The notes beneath the pieces are model-generated. The model saw only the letters and a list, made by a program, of their open reading frames with translations. It ran no database searches and had not been told where the DNA came from. A program made the position numbers and the translations under genes. From Muribaculaceae bacterium (GTDB lineage Bacteria; Bacteroidota; Bacteroidia; Bacteroidales; Muribaculaceae): a DNA stretch of 64,000 bases. Each line of letters begins with the position of its first letter. Position 1 is the first letter of the stretch. Below are positions 1-10,645 of the stretch, in pieces. Location of the stretch: assembly GCA_014867205.1 (NCBI GenBank), contig WGUO01000019.1:6239-70238 (forward strand), given 5' to 3'.

Positions 1-672
1 GCTCTTGGTGGAATGTACAGAGGCGCCTCCGAGCTGCTCCTGGGTGACGTCCTCGCCTGTGACGGTCTTCACGACCGACGGGCCGGTGAGGAACATGTAG
101 CTCAGGCCCTTGGTCATGATGGTGAAGTCGGTGAGTGCGGGGCTGTATACCGCTCCGCCGGCGCAGGGACCCATTATGGCTGAGATCTGGGGTATTACAC
201 CCGAGGCCATGATATTGCGCTGGAAGATCTCGGAATAGCCGGCCAGTGCGTTGATTCCCTCCTGGATACGGGCGCCTCCCGAGTCATTGAGTCCGATGAC
301 AGGAGCTCCCATCTTCATGGCGAGGTCCATGACCTTGCAGATCTTCTGCGACATGGTTTCCGACAGCGAGCCGCCGAACACGGTGAAGTCCTGTGCGAAG
401 ACATACACGAGGCGACCCTCGATAGTTCCGAAACCGCTTACGACGCCGTCTCCGAGGATATGCTTCTTGTCCTGGCCAAAGTTGGTGCAGCGATGAGTCA
501 CGAACATGTCGAGTTCCTCGAAACTGCCCTCGTCGAGGAGCATTGCGATGCGCTCGCGTGCGGTATATTTGCCGCGTGCGTGCTGCTTCTCTATGGCTTT
601 CTCACCACCGCCGAGTCGGGCTTGTGCGCGCTTCTCGATAAGCTGGCTGATCTTTTCTTCTTGCTTGCTCAT
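1..672 (-). CDS. mmdA: Acyl-CoA carboxyltransferase subunit (methylmalonyl-CoA decarboxylase alpha / propionyl-CoA carboxylase beta family); 3' end runs off the window
   Basis: Not in the ORF track. Manual translation from ATG 672 gives [42 protein letters not shown]...[12 protein letters not shown]...[10 protein letters not shown]...[16 protein letters not shown], which are carboxyltransferase motifs. It lies directly downstream of mce. Confidence 0.9.
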   Translation of the reverse strand, partial: MSKQEEKISQLIEKRAQARLGGGEKAIEKQHARGKYTARERIAMLLDEGSFEELDMFVTHRCTNFGQDKKHILGDGVVSGFGTIEGRLVYVFAQDFTVFGGSLSETMSQKICKVMDLAMKMGAPVIGLNDSGGARIQEGINALAGYSEIFQRNIMASGVIPQISAIMGPCAGGAVYSPALTDFTIMTKGLSYMFLTGPSVVKTVTGEDVTQEQLGGASVHSTKS

Positions 673-698
673 TTCTATAAAGTTATTATTGAAGTGAC

Positions 699-735
699 AG
701 ACCGGCGTCGGCGGGTGTGCCGCCGGAGCCGGTCT
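699..735 (-). other. Intercistronic GC-rich hairpin between mce and mmdA
   Basis: Arms agaccggc/gccggtct enclose cggcgg/ccgccg. There is no U tract. Confidence 0.5.
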
Positions 736-745
736 TGGTTTACTC

Positions 746-1165
746 TTATTTGTTGGGATCCTCGCAGAGTTCGGTGAGGACAGCCTCGGTCGACTTCGGA
801 TGCAGGAATGCGATGTGCAGTCCGTCGGCGCCCTGACGCGGGGCCTTGTCGATGACCTTTACCCCTTTTTCCTGAACTTCCTCAAGGGCGTTTGCCACAC
901 CATCCTCAACGGCGAAGGCCATGTGGTGCATACCGCCGCGGCCGCCGTTCTTCTCGATGAACTTGGCGATAGTGCTCTCGGGAGTAGTGGCCTCGAGCAA
1001 CTCGATCTTTGTGTCGCCGACCTTGAAGAATGCAGTGGTCACCTTCTGGTCTTCCACTACTTCCTTCTTGTAGCATTTCAGTCCGAGGACAGACTCGTAA
1101 TACTTGATAGCCTCCTCAAGATTGGGAACTGCTATACCGATGTGCTCAATGTGTGAAATTTTCAT
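746..1165 (-). CDS. mce: Methylmalonyl-CoA epimerase
   Basis: VOC fold motifs [21 protein letters not shown] and FLHPKST; adjacent to the carboxyltransferase. Confidence 0.95.
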   Translation of the reverse strand: MKISHIEHIGIAVPNLEEAIKYYESVLGLKCYKKEVVEDQKVTTAFFKVGDTKIELLEATTPESTIAKFIEKNGGRGGMHHMAFAVEDGVANALEEVQEKGVKVIDKAPRQGADGLHIAFLHPKSTEAVLTELCEDPNK

Positions 1166-1284
1166 TGAAGTGTTAGTTTTAGGTTATTATTGTTGATGTT
1201 TACTATCCGAATGTCAAGTGTGGCGGACGGCATGTGTGAAATGTGGGCCTGCCGGTCGTCACGACACTGTTTCTCAAACGTGTG

Positions 1285-1458
1285 CAAATTTACTAAATTT
1301 TTCGGACTATGGGCTACAAAAAACGTCAAAAATTCAATGTGCGGATGATTTTGTAACCCGGGGGATGTCCGGGTGGGCGAAAATATCGTGAATTTTGACA
1401 TTTTGACAAGTTAGATTGGCTATTGATTAGGATATTTCGTGAAAAATTCCTAATTTTG
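1285..1458. promoter_or_regulatory. Divergent Bacteroidetes sigma-A -7 boxes for mce (minus, 1285-1292) and lpxD (plus, 1451-1458)
   Basis: TAAATTTG on the minus strand and TAATTTTG on the plus strand both match TAnnTTTG. Confidence 0.6.
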
Positions 1459-1541
1459 CCTGTAAATCTGAAAAAGCGGCAGCCGCAGGGTAGTCCGAGC
1501 GGCTTTCGCAGTATCTACAATTTGAAAAATTAATACAGAAG

Positions 1542-2537
1542 ATGAAAGTAACCCCGCTCCTTATCGCCTCGATGGCAGGCGGCAATGTGGAGGGTGACGA
1601 AAATATTGAGATAACGGGATTTGCCAAGATAGAGGAGGCGAAGCCCGGAGACATCTCGTTTATAGCCAACCCTAAATACGAACATTTTATCAGCACGACC
1701 AAGGCATCGGTACTACTTGTAAGTCGAGACCTGAAGAGACCCGAGGGGGAGTGTCCGACGCTGGTGCGGGTTGATGACCCTTATGCTGCCGTAGCCGGAC
1801 TGCTTGCGGCGTTCGAATCGCAGAAGCCGCGGCCGGTGGGCATTGAGCAGCCTGTGCATATCGCAGAGGGTGTCGAGGTGCCAGATGGAGCCTATGTCGG
1901 AGCGTTCGCATATATAGGAAAGGGAGTGCGACTGGGACGCAACGTCAAGATATATCCTCAGGCATATGTCGGCGATGGTGTGACAATCGGAGATGACACG
2001 GTGATACGCGCCGGAGTACGTATATACGAGGGATGTGAGATCGGCAACAGGTGCATAATCCACAGTGGCGCTGTCATAGGTGCCGATGGGTTCGGTTTCG
2101 CACCACTGCCCGACGGCTCGTACGAGAAGATAGCCCAGATTGGGAATGTTGTCATTGAGGATGATGTGGAGATAGGCGCCAATACGACTGTCGACCGTGC
2201 GACATTCGGCTGCACCCGGGTTGGCAAGGGTACAAAACTTGACAACCTGATTCAGATAGCCCATAACGTGGAGCTGGGACGCAACAATGTCTTCGCCGCC
2301 CAGACAGGCGTTGCCGGGTCGACAAAGATCGGATCAGACAACCGTGTAGGGGGCCAGTGCGGCTTTGCCGGACATATCCATGTCGGCGACCGCAACGAGA
2401 TAGGAGCCCAGTCGGGTATACCCAACAACGTCGGCGATGGTAGACGCATAATCGGTTATCCAGCGATTGATGCGGTCAAGTTTGCAAGGACACAGGTCTA
2501 TCTGTCGCGTCTCCCCGAACTCTTTAAGAAAAAATAA
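1542..2537 (+). CDS. lpxD: UDP-3-O-(3-hydroxyacyl)glucosamine N-acyltransferase
   Basis: Motifs [17 protein letters not shown] and [12 protein letters not shown], plus hexapeptide repeats. Confidence 0.97.
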   Translation: MKVTPLLIASMAGGNVEGDENIEITGFAKIEEAKPGDISFIANPKYEHFISTTKASVLLVSRDLKRPEGECPTLVRVDDPYAAVAGLLAAFESQKPRPVGIEQPVHIAEGVEVPDGAYVGAFAYIGKGVRLGRNVKIYPQAYVGDGVTIGDDTVIRAGVRIYEGCEIGNRCIIHSGAVIGADGFGFAPLPDGSYEKIAQIGNVVIEDDVEIGANTTVDRATFGCTRVGKGTKLDNLIQIAHNVELGRNNVFAAQTGVAGSTKIGSDNRVGGQCGFAGHIHVGDRNEIGAQSGIPNNVGDGRRIIGYPAIDAVKFARTQVYLSRLPELFKKK

Positions 2538-2550
2538 ACGAAACAACAAT

Positions 2551-3936
2551 ATGAAGCAACTGACCTTAAACGATTCCTTCACCGTCAGCGGCAAGGGACT
2601 TCATTCCGGGCTGCAGATAGAGGCGAAGTTTATGCCAGCGCCAGAGAATACCGGATACAAATTCCGTCGAGTGGACCTTGAGGGCGAGCCGATGATCGAC
2701 GCCATAGCAGAGAATGTGGTAGACACATGCCGCGGCACAGTGGTAGGTGACCGCAAGGGGAATGTGGTAAGTACAATAGAGCACGCGATGGCTGCGCTTT
2801 ATGCCGCAGGCATAGATAACTGCATCATCGAGGTGAACGGTCCGGAGCTCCCCATTCTTGATGGCAGCGCCGAGGAATATGTAGAAAAAATAGAGAGTGT
2901 GGGCCTTGTCGAGCAGAATGCCGACAAGGACTTTTATATTATAAAGGAGAAGACACAGTTCAAGGACGAAGAGACTGGATCGACGCTGACCATATATCCT
3001 GACGACGGATTCAGCGTGGAGTGCATGGTGGAATACAACTCCGCTGTCCTTCCCAACCAGTTCGCGGTACTCGACGACCTCGCCGAGTTCAAGCAGGAGG
3101 TGGCCAAGGCCCGTACATTTGTGTTCGTGCGGGAGATCGAGCAACTTGTCGAGGCCAACCTCATCAAGGGAGGTGACCTTGACAACGCTATAGTCATCTA
3201 TGACCAGCAGGTGCCTCAGGAGCGTATCGACCACATCTGTGACGTCATGAACGTTCCCCACATGCATATCAACAAGCTCGGATACATAAATCCCAAGCCT
3301 CTCGTCTGGGACAACGAGCCTGCGCGTCACAAGATAATGGATGTGATAGGGGATCTGGCGCTTATCGGCCGGCCGCTGAAGGGCCGCGTCGTAGCGGTCC
3401 GTCCCGGCCATACGGTAAACAATAAGTTTACACGGATGGTGCGTCACGAAGTCAAGCATACGGAGATTCAGGCACCCATCTACAATCCTAACGTCGCTCC
3501 GGTAATCGACATCAACGGCATCCGGAAACTGATACCCCACCGCTATCCGTTCCTGCTGATCGACAAGGTTATAGAAATCGACAAAAAGCATGTTGTCGCA
3601 GTCAAGAACGTCACGGTAAACGAACCTTTCTTCCAGGGGCACTTTCCCCAGGAGCCTGTCATGCCCGGAGTGCTTCAGGTCGAGGCGATGGCTCAGGCGG
3701 CAGGTGTGCTTGTGCTCAATTTCTTAGAAGAGCCTGAGAAATATTCAACATATTTCCTCAAGATTGACAATGTCAAGTTCAGGCAGAAGGTCGTGCCCGG
3801 AAACACCCTTCTGATGAATGTATCGCTCATGACCGAGATACGCCGAGGCTGTGCCATTGTCAAGGGCTATGCGTTTGTCGGAGAGAAGGTTGTGTGCGAG
3901 GCCGAGTTTATGGCCCAAATCATCAAAAACAAGTAA
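2551..3936 (+). CDS. lpxC/fabZ: Bifunctional UDP-3-O-acyl-GlcNAc deacetylase / 3-hydroxyacyl-ACP dehydratase
   Basis: LpxC motifs GKGLHSG, STIEH and [10 protein letters not shown]; FabZ motifs [10 protein letters not shown] and FFQGHFP. Start moved to ATG 2551. Confidence 0.97.
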   Translation: MKQLTLNDSFTVSGKGLHSGLQIEAKFMPAPENTGYKFRRVDLEGEPMIDAIAENVVDTCRGTVVGDRKGNVVSTIEHAMAALYAAGIDNCIIEVNGPELPILDGSAEEYVEKIESVGLVEQNADKDFYIIKEKTQFKDEETGSTLTIYPDDGFSVECMVEYNSAVLPNQFAVLDDLAEFKQEVAKARTFVFVREIEQLVEANLIKGGDLDNAIVIYDQQVPQERIDHICDVMNVPHMHINKLGYINPKPLVWDNEPARHKIMDVIGDLALIGRPLKGRVVAVRPGHTVNNKFTRMVRHEVKHTEIQAPIYNPNVAPVIDINGIRKLIPHRYPFLLIDKVIEIDKKHVVAVKNVTVNEPFFQGHFPQEPVMPGVLQVEAMAQAAGVLVLNFLEEPEKYSTYFLKIDNVKFRQKVVPGNTLLMNVSLMTEIRRGCAIVKGYAFVGEKVVCEAEFMAQIIKNK

Positions 3937-3946
3937 AGCTTCTGCA

Positions 3947-4720
3947 ATGAGCAATTTTTATAAAGTAAGTCCCGATGCAAAGATCGGGAACAATGTGCAG
4001 ATAGGTGATTTCTCGACAATCTATGAGGATGTCGAGATCGGCGATAACTGCGTTATATATGGAAATGTGACTATATTTCCGGGCGCCCGTATCGGCAGCG
4101 GCGTCACTATTTTTCCGGGCGCGGTTATTTCCGCGATTCCCCAGGATCTTAAGTTCCATGGCGAGGAGACATTCGCCTATGTTGGCGATGGCACTACCCT
4201 GCGTGAGTGTGTGACCGTCAACCGCGGCACAGCATCCAAGGGTAAGACGGTAGTAGGCAAGAACTGCCTTATAATGGCATACAACCACATCGCCCATGAC
4301 TGCCGCATCGGTGATCGTGTCATCATGTCGAACGCGTGCCAGCTTGCTGGCGAGGTTCAGGTAGATGACGCAGCCGTGATAGGAGGGGGTAGCCTTATCC
4401 ACCAGTTCTGCCATCTGGGCCGCAATATAATGCTTCAGGGGGGAGCCCTTGTCAATAAGGATATACCTCCCTTTGTCAAGGCGGCGCGCGAACCTATCTC
4501 CTATGTCGGACTCAACTCTGTCGGACTGCACCGCAATCATTTCACCGACGAGGAGATAAAACAGATCGCCGACATATACCGCATCATATATCTGAGTGAC
4601 CTCAATGTGACAAACGCAGTCAAGGTGATCCTCGATACTCTGCCTGAGACAGATTTCCGCACGGAGATCGTTGACTTCGTGACGAACTCGGGCCGTGGCA
4701 TCATCCGCTCTGCAATCTAA
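3947..4720 (+). CDS. lpxA: Acyl-ACP--UDP-N-acetylglucosamine O-acyltransferase
   Basis: Motifs PQDLKF, RECVTVNRGT, HIAHDC and IHQF. Start moved to ATG 3947. Confidence 0.96.
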   Translation: MSNFYKVSPDAKIGNNVQIGDFSTIYEDVEIGDNCVIYGNVTIFPGARIGSGVTIFPGAVISAIPQDLKFHGEETFAYVGDGTTLRECVTVNRGTASKGKTVVGKNCLIMAYNHIAHDCRIGDRVIMSNACQLAGEVQVDDAAVIGGGSLIHQFCHLGRNIMLQGGALVNKDIPPFVKAAREPISYVGLNSVGLHRNHFTDEEIKQIADIYRIIYLSDLNVTNAVKVILDTLPETDFRTEIVDFVTNSGRGIIRSAI

Positions 4721-4745
4721 TAGACGAAATAGACTTAATAAAGAC

Positions 4746-4779
4746 CAGGCCGGTAAATCGTAAAGGATTTACCGGCCTG
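4746..4779. terminator. Hairpin between convergent lpxA and epimerase genes
   Basis: Perfect 14-bp stem caggccggtaaatc/gatttaccggcctg with a 6-nt loop. Confidence 0.7.
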
Positions 4780-4783
4780 CTGC

Positions 4784-6250
4784 CTATTCATAGACTTCAT
4801 CCTCATCGGGGGAGTGGCTGTCGAGCCATATCTGCGCGAGAAATGGATTAACCATTGCCTCGGCGTCGTAACGCCATGGGGCAGGCAAGCAGTCGGGACA
4901 CCAGTGTCCACCCTTCAGCACAAGTCTCGGCGAGGCAGAGAATGTGTGACCGAACGCGCATCTCCATTCGAGCGGAGTGTCAAGGTCTCCCGTAAGCATT
5001 GACTCGGAAAGGCACTCACCCCCGCGGAAGCGTGCCGCCTGCCTCATGTCGTCAAGGTCGAGCGCAGACTCGGGCTTTGTCTCGTCGTATCCGTGAGAGA
5101 TTCGTACCGGATACTCTGAGGGGCGGCTTAGGTCGAAGTCACGCCAGGAAGGGATGGCTTGCTGGGCAGTTCGGCTTCCGAAATAAGCCTTGACGCGGTC
5201 CTCGCAGTCGTCCCTGCGCAGCCAGTCGAGAGTGCCGAGTCCCTTTGTACGCGCTACTGCCTTCATGGCGGCCTTGATGACGAAGGCGGGAACAATAGGC
5301 GTAAGGCTCATCCACCATGGCATCTTGCGGGCCATTCGGCGGAAATAATCCTCGGCAGTGATCTGCTCGCGGAATGGGACAATCTCCTGCAGACGGTCTG
5401 AATCCTCGTACCATTCGCCATGAAAATTGCGGGTGGCGAACCATGAGGTGTCGAATACCTTCTCGGGGGGAGGACAGCCAAGGGTCTTCAGCAGGAGTCT
5501 CTCGAACTCGTAGTTCGTCAGCCGGAACTCACGTCCGCTCCCTATATTGTAAAAGTTCTTCCAGAACGACTCGGGAACTGTCGGCTCGCATATGTTTGCC
5601 ATGAGGCGTGCGGAATCCTCTACTGTGGCCCATTCGAGCACTCCTCGTAGGGGAACATGGAATGAAATCGGATCCGATCCTTTGAAAATAAGTCCTTTAT
5701 GCAGAATTCCCGACTGGCGGAGGCAAGCCCAGCGCTTGAGTCCTGACTCAGCCACAATCCGTTCGGCCTTAATTTTCGAGACACCGTAATAATCGAACAC
5801 TCCCGTCATGACGGGGTCTCCCGTGCGTCCCCAGTGGTGCGGCTCATGACGGTGTGAAGTCTCCGCCACGCTTCCGATATATACCAGACGCACGTCATCG
5901 CGGTCAGGGCGTTCCAAAATGGCGTCGACCACATTACGAGCCGCTCCGACGTTGACCTTGAGGGTCTTGGCCGGATAATGGTCGGCAAGTGGTGACACCA
6001 TGCCTCCTATATGCAGCACGAAGTCCGCCTGGCCCATGGCTTTTTTCACATCGTCGGGATTCATAAGATCTCCCCAGACAACTGTTACGCCCTTCATCGC
6101 CATATATGGCTTAAGTTTCTTTCTGTTTTTCTTGCCAGGGCGTGCCAGCAGACGGATGTCAAACCTGTCAAGCCTTCCGGAGAACTCCTTGAGAGTCTCG
6201 AATCCCATTACGCCGGTTCCACCGGTTATAAATACTGTCCTTTTCTTCAT
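4784..6250 (-). CDS. NAD-dependent epimerase/dehydratase (extended SDR) with a C-terminal zinc-ribbon-like domain
   Basis: Rossmann motif ITGGTGVMG, YxxxK (YGVSK), and C-terminal WRCAFGH...WCPDC. Confidence 0.8.
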   Translation of the reverse strand: MKKRTVFITGGTGVMGFETLKEFSGRLDRFDIRLLARPGKKNRKKLKPYMAMKGVTVVWGDLMNPDDVKKAMGQADFVLHIGGMVSPLADHYPAKTLKVNVGAARNVVDAILERPDRDDVRLVYIGSVAETSHRHEPHHWGRTGDPVMTGVFDYYGVSKIKAERIVAESGLKRWACLRQSGILHKGLIFKGSDPISFHVPLRGVLEWATVEDSARLMANICEPTVPESFWKNFYNIGSGREFRLTNYEFERLLLKTLGCPPPEKVFDTSWFATRNFHGEWYEDSDRLQEIVPFREQITAEDYFRRMARKMPWWMSLTPIVPAFVIKAAMKAVARTKGLGTLDWLRRDDCEDRVKAYFGSRTAQQAIPSWRDFDLSRPSEYPVRISHGYDETKPESALDLDDMRQAARFRGGECLSESMLTGDLDTPLEWRCAFGHTFSASPRLVLKGGHWCPDCLPAPWRYDAEAMVNPFLAQIWLDSHSPDEDEVYE

Positions 6251-6287
6251 AAATCCTTGCTATAGCGGGTGTCTGGAGGGGAATGTG

Positions 6288-6962
6288 TCAGTCAGAATCA
6301 CGGTCATTCTCGTATCTTCTGTTCAGTACCTTTTCCATGTGTTCCCTGTAGCGACGCCTCATCTTTTCCCTCCTTGTTTCTTTCTGTCTTGTCATAATCT
6401 TCTCCGGCAGATGCGGATGCGAAGTGTCGAGCATCCTGATGCCGAGGGGACCCGTAAGCACATCAAGGTGAATTGTGTCGCCCTTGCACACCTGATTGTA
6501 AATTTTTCTGGAGATGTCAAAGTCGCGGGTTGTGCCATTGTCGGTCCTGACCTCAAGGCAGTACACCTGATAAGGCTGCCCCCTGGTATATGTGCGCCTG
6601 CCGACGCGCTTAGACCGGTAGCGGGTCTGGCGGTAGACCTTCTCGACGCAGGCGTCGATGCTTCCTGTCGGGCTGCCGCAGGCATAGTTCACAACAAGGG
6701 CCGAACAGAGCAACAACGGGAAGATGAAGAGAACATGGCATGCCATGTTCAGAGCCACATTGTCGCTGCCGGTAATCCACTTCCATACTCCTCTGAGCGG
6801 TAGTGCGAGAGGCACAGTCACAACCAGCGCGATGCATACAGGAATCCACCTCGGAGTGAGTGAATCACGCAACATCAGATAACAACCCGCGGCGCACATC
6901 AAGGCGATTGTCGCCATCATTCCGCCGGCTATTATCCGCGCGGCCTCTTTGCCTTTTCCCAT
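6288..6962 (-). CDS. Hypothetical membrane protein (three N-terminal TM segments, basic C-terminal domain)
   Basis: 224-aa ORF with hydrophobic N-terminal segments and a -7 box upstream at 7051-7058. Confidence 0.7.
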   Translation of the reverse strand: MGKGKEAARIIAGGMMATIALMCAAGCYLMLRDSLTPRWIPVCIALVVTVPLALPLRGVWKWITGSDNVALNMACHVLFIFPLLLCSALVVNYACGSPTGSIDACVEKVYRQTRYRSKRVGRRTYTRGQPYQVYCLEVRTDNGTTRDFDISRKIYNQVCKGDTIHLDVLTGPLGIRMLDTSHPHLPEKIMTRQKETRREKMRRRYREHMEKVLNRRYENDRDSD

Positions 6963-7050
6963 ATGTCTGTGTAAGGTCTAACTTTGAACGTGGATACGAC
7001 TTTAGATTGAAGCGACTTGCTGAAGCCCCACTGCGCCGGTTTCCCGGGGA

Positions 7051-7108
7051 CAAAATTACAAAAAAAGAGTGTAAACGCGATAAGATTGACCGATTTTGGT
7101 TAATTTTG
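7051..7108. promoter_or_regulatory. Divergent -7 boxes (minus 7051-7058; plus 7101-7108)
   Basis: TAATTTTG on both strands between divergent genes. Confidence 0.6.
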
Positions 7109-7134
7109 TCCCCAAATGATGAATATAGACTATT

Positions 7135-7530
7135 ATGGCAAAACAGGAATACATACAGAAGAACCGCGACTGGCTTTCGGCAAAAAGTTCTGAACCCGGA
7201 GTGACTCCGCTTGACAGAGGAGTGTTTTACAAAGTCCTGAAGAAAGGTAATGGGGACATCCATCCCAACCGGGGGAGTGTGGTTACAGTCCATTACTCAG
7301 GAAGGACCATAAACGGGAAGACATTCGACAGCAGCCGTGGCGGCGTGGCTCCAGCCTTCCGTCTGCGTGACCTCATACCGGGCTGGATAATAGCATTGCA
7401 ACAGATGAGTGTCGGCGACAGATGGGAGGTATACATACCGGCCGAGCAGGCATACGGACGCACGAGCCAGCCCGGCATACCCGGAGGCTCGGCCCTTGTG
7501 TTTGACATCGAACTGATTGCAGTAAACTAA
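7135..7530 (+). CDS. FKBP-type peptidyl-prolyl cis-trans isomerase
   Basis: Motifs VTVHYSG, FDSS, LIPGW, YIPAEQAYG and LVFDIEL. Confidence 0.93.
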   Translation: MAKQEYIQKNRDWLSAKSSEPGVTPLDRGVFYKVLKKGNGDIHPNRGSVVTVHYSGRTINGKTFDSSRGGVAPAFRLRDLIPGWIIALQQMSVGDRWEVYIPAEQAYGRTSQPGIPGGSALVFDIELIAVN

Positions 7531-7544
7531 AAAACTGATATACC

Positions 7545-8054
7545 ATGAGATTTACATATTGTCCTGACTGCGGCACGCTGCTGAGCCCGCGAGATCTCGG
7601 AGATGAGAAGGAAGTACCCTGGTGCGGGAGATGCTCGAGGCCCTGGTTCCCTGTGTTTCCTGTGGCCGTGATAGCATTGGTCTATAATGACAGGGGAGAG
7701 GTCCTGCTCCTCAGACAGGACTATATCTCGACGGAATTCCGCAATCTTGTATCGGGTTATATCATTCCGGGCGAGGACGCGGAGACATGCGTGCGGCGAG
7801 AGATACTTGAGGAGACAGGGCTTGAGACAGACCGACTCGAGCTTGTGCTGACCAACTGGTTCGGGCGCAAGGATATGATGATGGTGGGTTTCTTCGCTCA
7901 TACGAGCGGTCATGATCTCAGCCTGTCGGTCGAGGTTGATGACGCGTCATGGTATCCGGCTGCAGAGATACTGCAACACCTGAGTACTCGCCCCGGATCG
8001 ACATCAAGGATTTTGGCCGAGAGATTTCTCTCCCGGCCAAGATTAACTGATTGA
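7545..8054 (+). CDS. NUDIX hydrolase, NADH pyrophosphatase (NudC)-like, with zinc ribbon
   Basis: CPDC...CGRC zinc ribbon and Nudix box G..IPGEDAETCVRREILEETGL. Confidence 0.88.
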   Translation: MRFTYCPDCGTLLSPRDLGDEKEVPWCGRCSRPWFPVFPVAVIALVYNDRGEVLLLRQDYISTEFRNLVSGYIIPGEDAETCVRREILEETGLETDRLELVLTNWFGRKDMMMVGFFAHTSGHDLSLSVEVDDASWYPAAEILQHLSTRPGSTSRILAERFLSRPRLTD

Positions 8055-8078
8055 GCCAGTAAAACTGAACGTCTCTGA

Positions 8079-10421
8079 TTATTCAGTGACGTATATGCGA
8101 TAGGAGCGTGGACTACCCGGTGCTCCGGACTCGACACGCGGCAGCAAGTCAAGGCCATGAACCTCGATATTCTCGCCTAAGTCAATGCCGATGACTTGCG
8201 GCATCGACGCTCCATCCTGAGCCTGCCAATAGGTAGACTCCTGAAGGTCAAACACCTTATCGACAGTATGATTGGCTGATCTGTTCTGGCTCGAGGCAAA
8301 CGCCGGGCGCCATTTCTCTCGTGAGAGGCGGTTGCCGGATGCGTCGGTCACATAGAGTTCGGCGATTGCGGGAAGTTCATTGGCAGAGTCGGTGGCGAAA
8401 TAGATGTGCCTCCCGGTAAGCGGCTTATCCGCACGGATTCTCTTCCAGCCGTTAGAGCCGTCAAGAGTCCCTGCGGAAAGAATATCTTTTTCTTCGAGTC
8501 TGAGTTCATCGTCAGACGAAATTTCGGAATCGGTGAACTGGAGTTTATCGATTACAGGCTGGCGAAGGCCCTCCACAGTAACCTGGCGCGGGCCGACAAT
8601 GTCGAACACCATTATCTTATTCTTTCCCTCCTTGAGCCAGCATCCAGGCATATAGAGCGTCTGCTGAGGACCAATCTCCCAGATGCGGCCGAGTGGATGA
8701 CCGTTGACATATACCAGACCTTTGCCCCATGTCTCGAAATTAAGGAAGGTATCGGCGGGGCGATCTACAATAAACTCTCCTCGGTAAACACCAATAGGGA
8801 GACGTCCCTTCTCACCGCGAGTCATTGCGGAGAGGGGTAAATAATTCATCGAGTCATAGAACTCCGGCTTGTCCTCAAGATTGAAGACCTCCCATCCGGT
8901 CAGAACCTGTGGAGAAGCGCCCACGGGCGTAATGGTCACATTATCGGTAATGCCCTTGAAGTCCTTGATCGCACGGCCGAAATTAATTCTTCCCATTGCC
9001 TCGACGAGTATGTCGAGAGTCGCGTCGTCGGCACATTCCGGGAGCGCCAGGCTCTTCTCGCCCTTGCGTCTGTCAAGGCTGCCGACATATCTGCCGTCAA
9101 CGAAAATCTGGGCGAAGTCGTGTGGCTCGCTCACTTCTATGAGAGTGCCGGCCTTAAGGTTTGGCAGGTGCGTACGGTAAAGGATGCATCCGAAACCCTG
9201 GTCATATTCCTCCATTGTGCGGATAAGACTGTCGGTATGCGCCTGCGGAAGGTTGCCGAAGAGTGGAGCGACTTCAGTAAGCCCGAAGCATTCAATGGCT
9301 ACAGTAGGTATAGAGTCGGGCACGGGCGGCAGCGGGATGCCTCCGGAATATTTTGCCAGAGTCTCGCGAAGCATGTCGTACTTCTTGGTTGTGCGGCCGC
9401 TTTCGGTTATAGGTGCGTCATAGTCATAAGAAGTGACGTCGGGAGCGAAGCCCGGGGAGTTTGCTCCGGCCCAGTGGCCCCAGTTTGTGCCTCCGTGGGT
9501 CATATAGAGGCTGAACGAGATGCCCTTGCCGGCCATCTCGTCAATGCCTGCGATCATGTCGGCGGCGGGACGGGTTTCATGATTTGCGCCCCACTTGTCG
9601 AACCATCCGCTCCAGAACTCCGAGCACATCAGCGGGGAGTCTGGACGAGCCTTGCGTAAAGGCGCGAACTGGCCCTCGATGTCGGCTCCAGTACCGAAAT
9701 TCAGTGTCCACACGAGATCGTCGAGACCGTTATCAAGGAAATTCGACGACCAGTCGCACTGGAACATCGTGGTGTTGCCATATAGCGGACGGAGCATGTC
9801 GCGGATGTTGGACACATATTCCTTGTTCTTGCCGTAGGAGCCATATTCGTTCTCAACTTGCACCATGATGATCGGGCCCCCCTTCTCGGCCGTAAGGTCG
9901 GCGACCTGACGGGCCACCTCCTGCTCGAAGATGTTCACGCGCTCCAGGAAATAGGGGTCATTCTCACGAAGGCGAATATCCTTCTTCTTGAGCAGCCACC
10001 AGGGGAGGCCACCCATTTCCCACTCTGCGCATACATAAGGACCGGGCCGCAGAATCACCATCATGTCATTCTCCTGACATAACTTTACAAACTCCCGCAG
10101 GTCATTCTGACCGGTAAAGTCAAACTGACCGGGGGCAGCCTCATGGGCGTTCCAGAAGACATACAGGCATACGGCATTCATGCCGAGGGCCTTGCACATC
10201 TTGATACGGTGGTCCCAGTATGGGCGAGGAATACGAGGGTAGTGCAACTCGGCGGCCTTGATGACGGTCGGCTCACCGTTGAGCATGAACGCGCCTTTAC
10301 CGGCCTTGAACTCCATCGGTTTGCAATGTGAGAGTGTGGCCGCCGATGCCTGTGAGTCCGGCATCACGGCAGCCATAAGCAGAGATAAGGCGATGAGAGA
10401 AGAGTATGCTTTCTTTATCAT
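8079..10421 (-). CDS. GH35 beta-galactosidase with signal peptide and C-terminal F5/8-type (CBM32-like) domain
   Basis: Motifs AELHYPRIP, RPGPYVCAEWEMGGLP, QVENEYG, SEFWSGWFD and TSYDYDAP. Confidence 0.93.
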   Translation of the reverse strand: MIKKAYSSLIALSLLMAAVMPDSQASAATLSHCKPMEFKAGKGAFMLNGEPTVIKAAELHYPRIPRPYWDHRIKMCKALGMNAVCLYVFWNAHEAAPGQFDFTGQNDLREFVKLCQENDMMVILRPGPYVCAEWEMGGLPWWLLKKKDIRLRENDPYFLERVNIFEQEVARQVADLTAEKGGPIIMVQVENEYGSYGKNKEYVSNIRDMLRPLYGNTTMFQCDWSSNFLDNGLDDLVWTLNFGTGADIEGQFAPLRKARPDSPLMCSEFWSGWFDKWGANHETRPAADMIAGIDEMAGKGISFSLYMTHGGTNWGHWAGANSPGFAPDVTSYDYDAPITESGRTTKKYDMLRETLAKYSGGIPLPPVPDSIPTVAIECFGLTEVAPLFGNLPQAHTDSLIRTMEEYDQGFGCILYRTHLPNLKAGTLIEVSEPHDFAQIFVDGRYVGSLDRRKGEKSLALPECADDATLDILVEAMGRINFGRAIKDFKGITDNVTITPVGASPQVLTGWEVFNLEDKPEFYDSMNYLPLSAMTRGEKGRLPIGVYRGEFIVDRPADTFLNFETWGKGLVYVNGHPLGRIWEIGPQQTLYMPGCWLKEGKNKIMVFDIVGPRQVTVEGLRQPVIDKLQFTDSEISSDDELRLEEKDILSAGTLDGSNGWKRIRADKPLTGRHIYFATDSANELPAIAELYVTDASGNRLSREKWRPAFASSQNRSANHTVDKVFDLQESTYWQAQDGASMPQVIGIDLGENIEVHGLDLLPRVESGAPGSPRSYRIYVTE

Positions 10422-10645
10422 TTCCAGATCTTAGATTTTGGGTCTTATCGTAATTGTTTACAAAAATAGATAAAAATCGGCGATATCAGCGCAGAAATCA
10501 TTCCTGAATAAGTTATAGAACCAAAATAATTCTATAAAATTTGCAAATTCATTAAATATTGCTTTAATTTGCACTGTTAGAGTCGGAGTGAAGTAACTTC
10601 GGACAATTACATCAGACGAAACTCACATTAAAAAACGATTTAGAT

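Noticed and set aside
2551..3936. LpxC-FabZ fusion
   Set aside because: Standard for Bacteroidota, so not novel.
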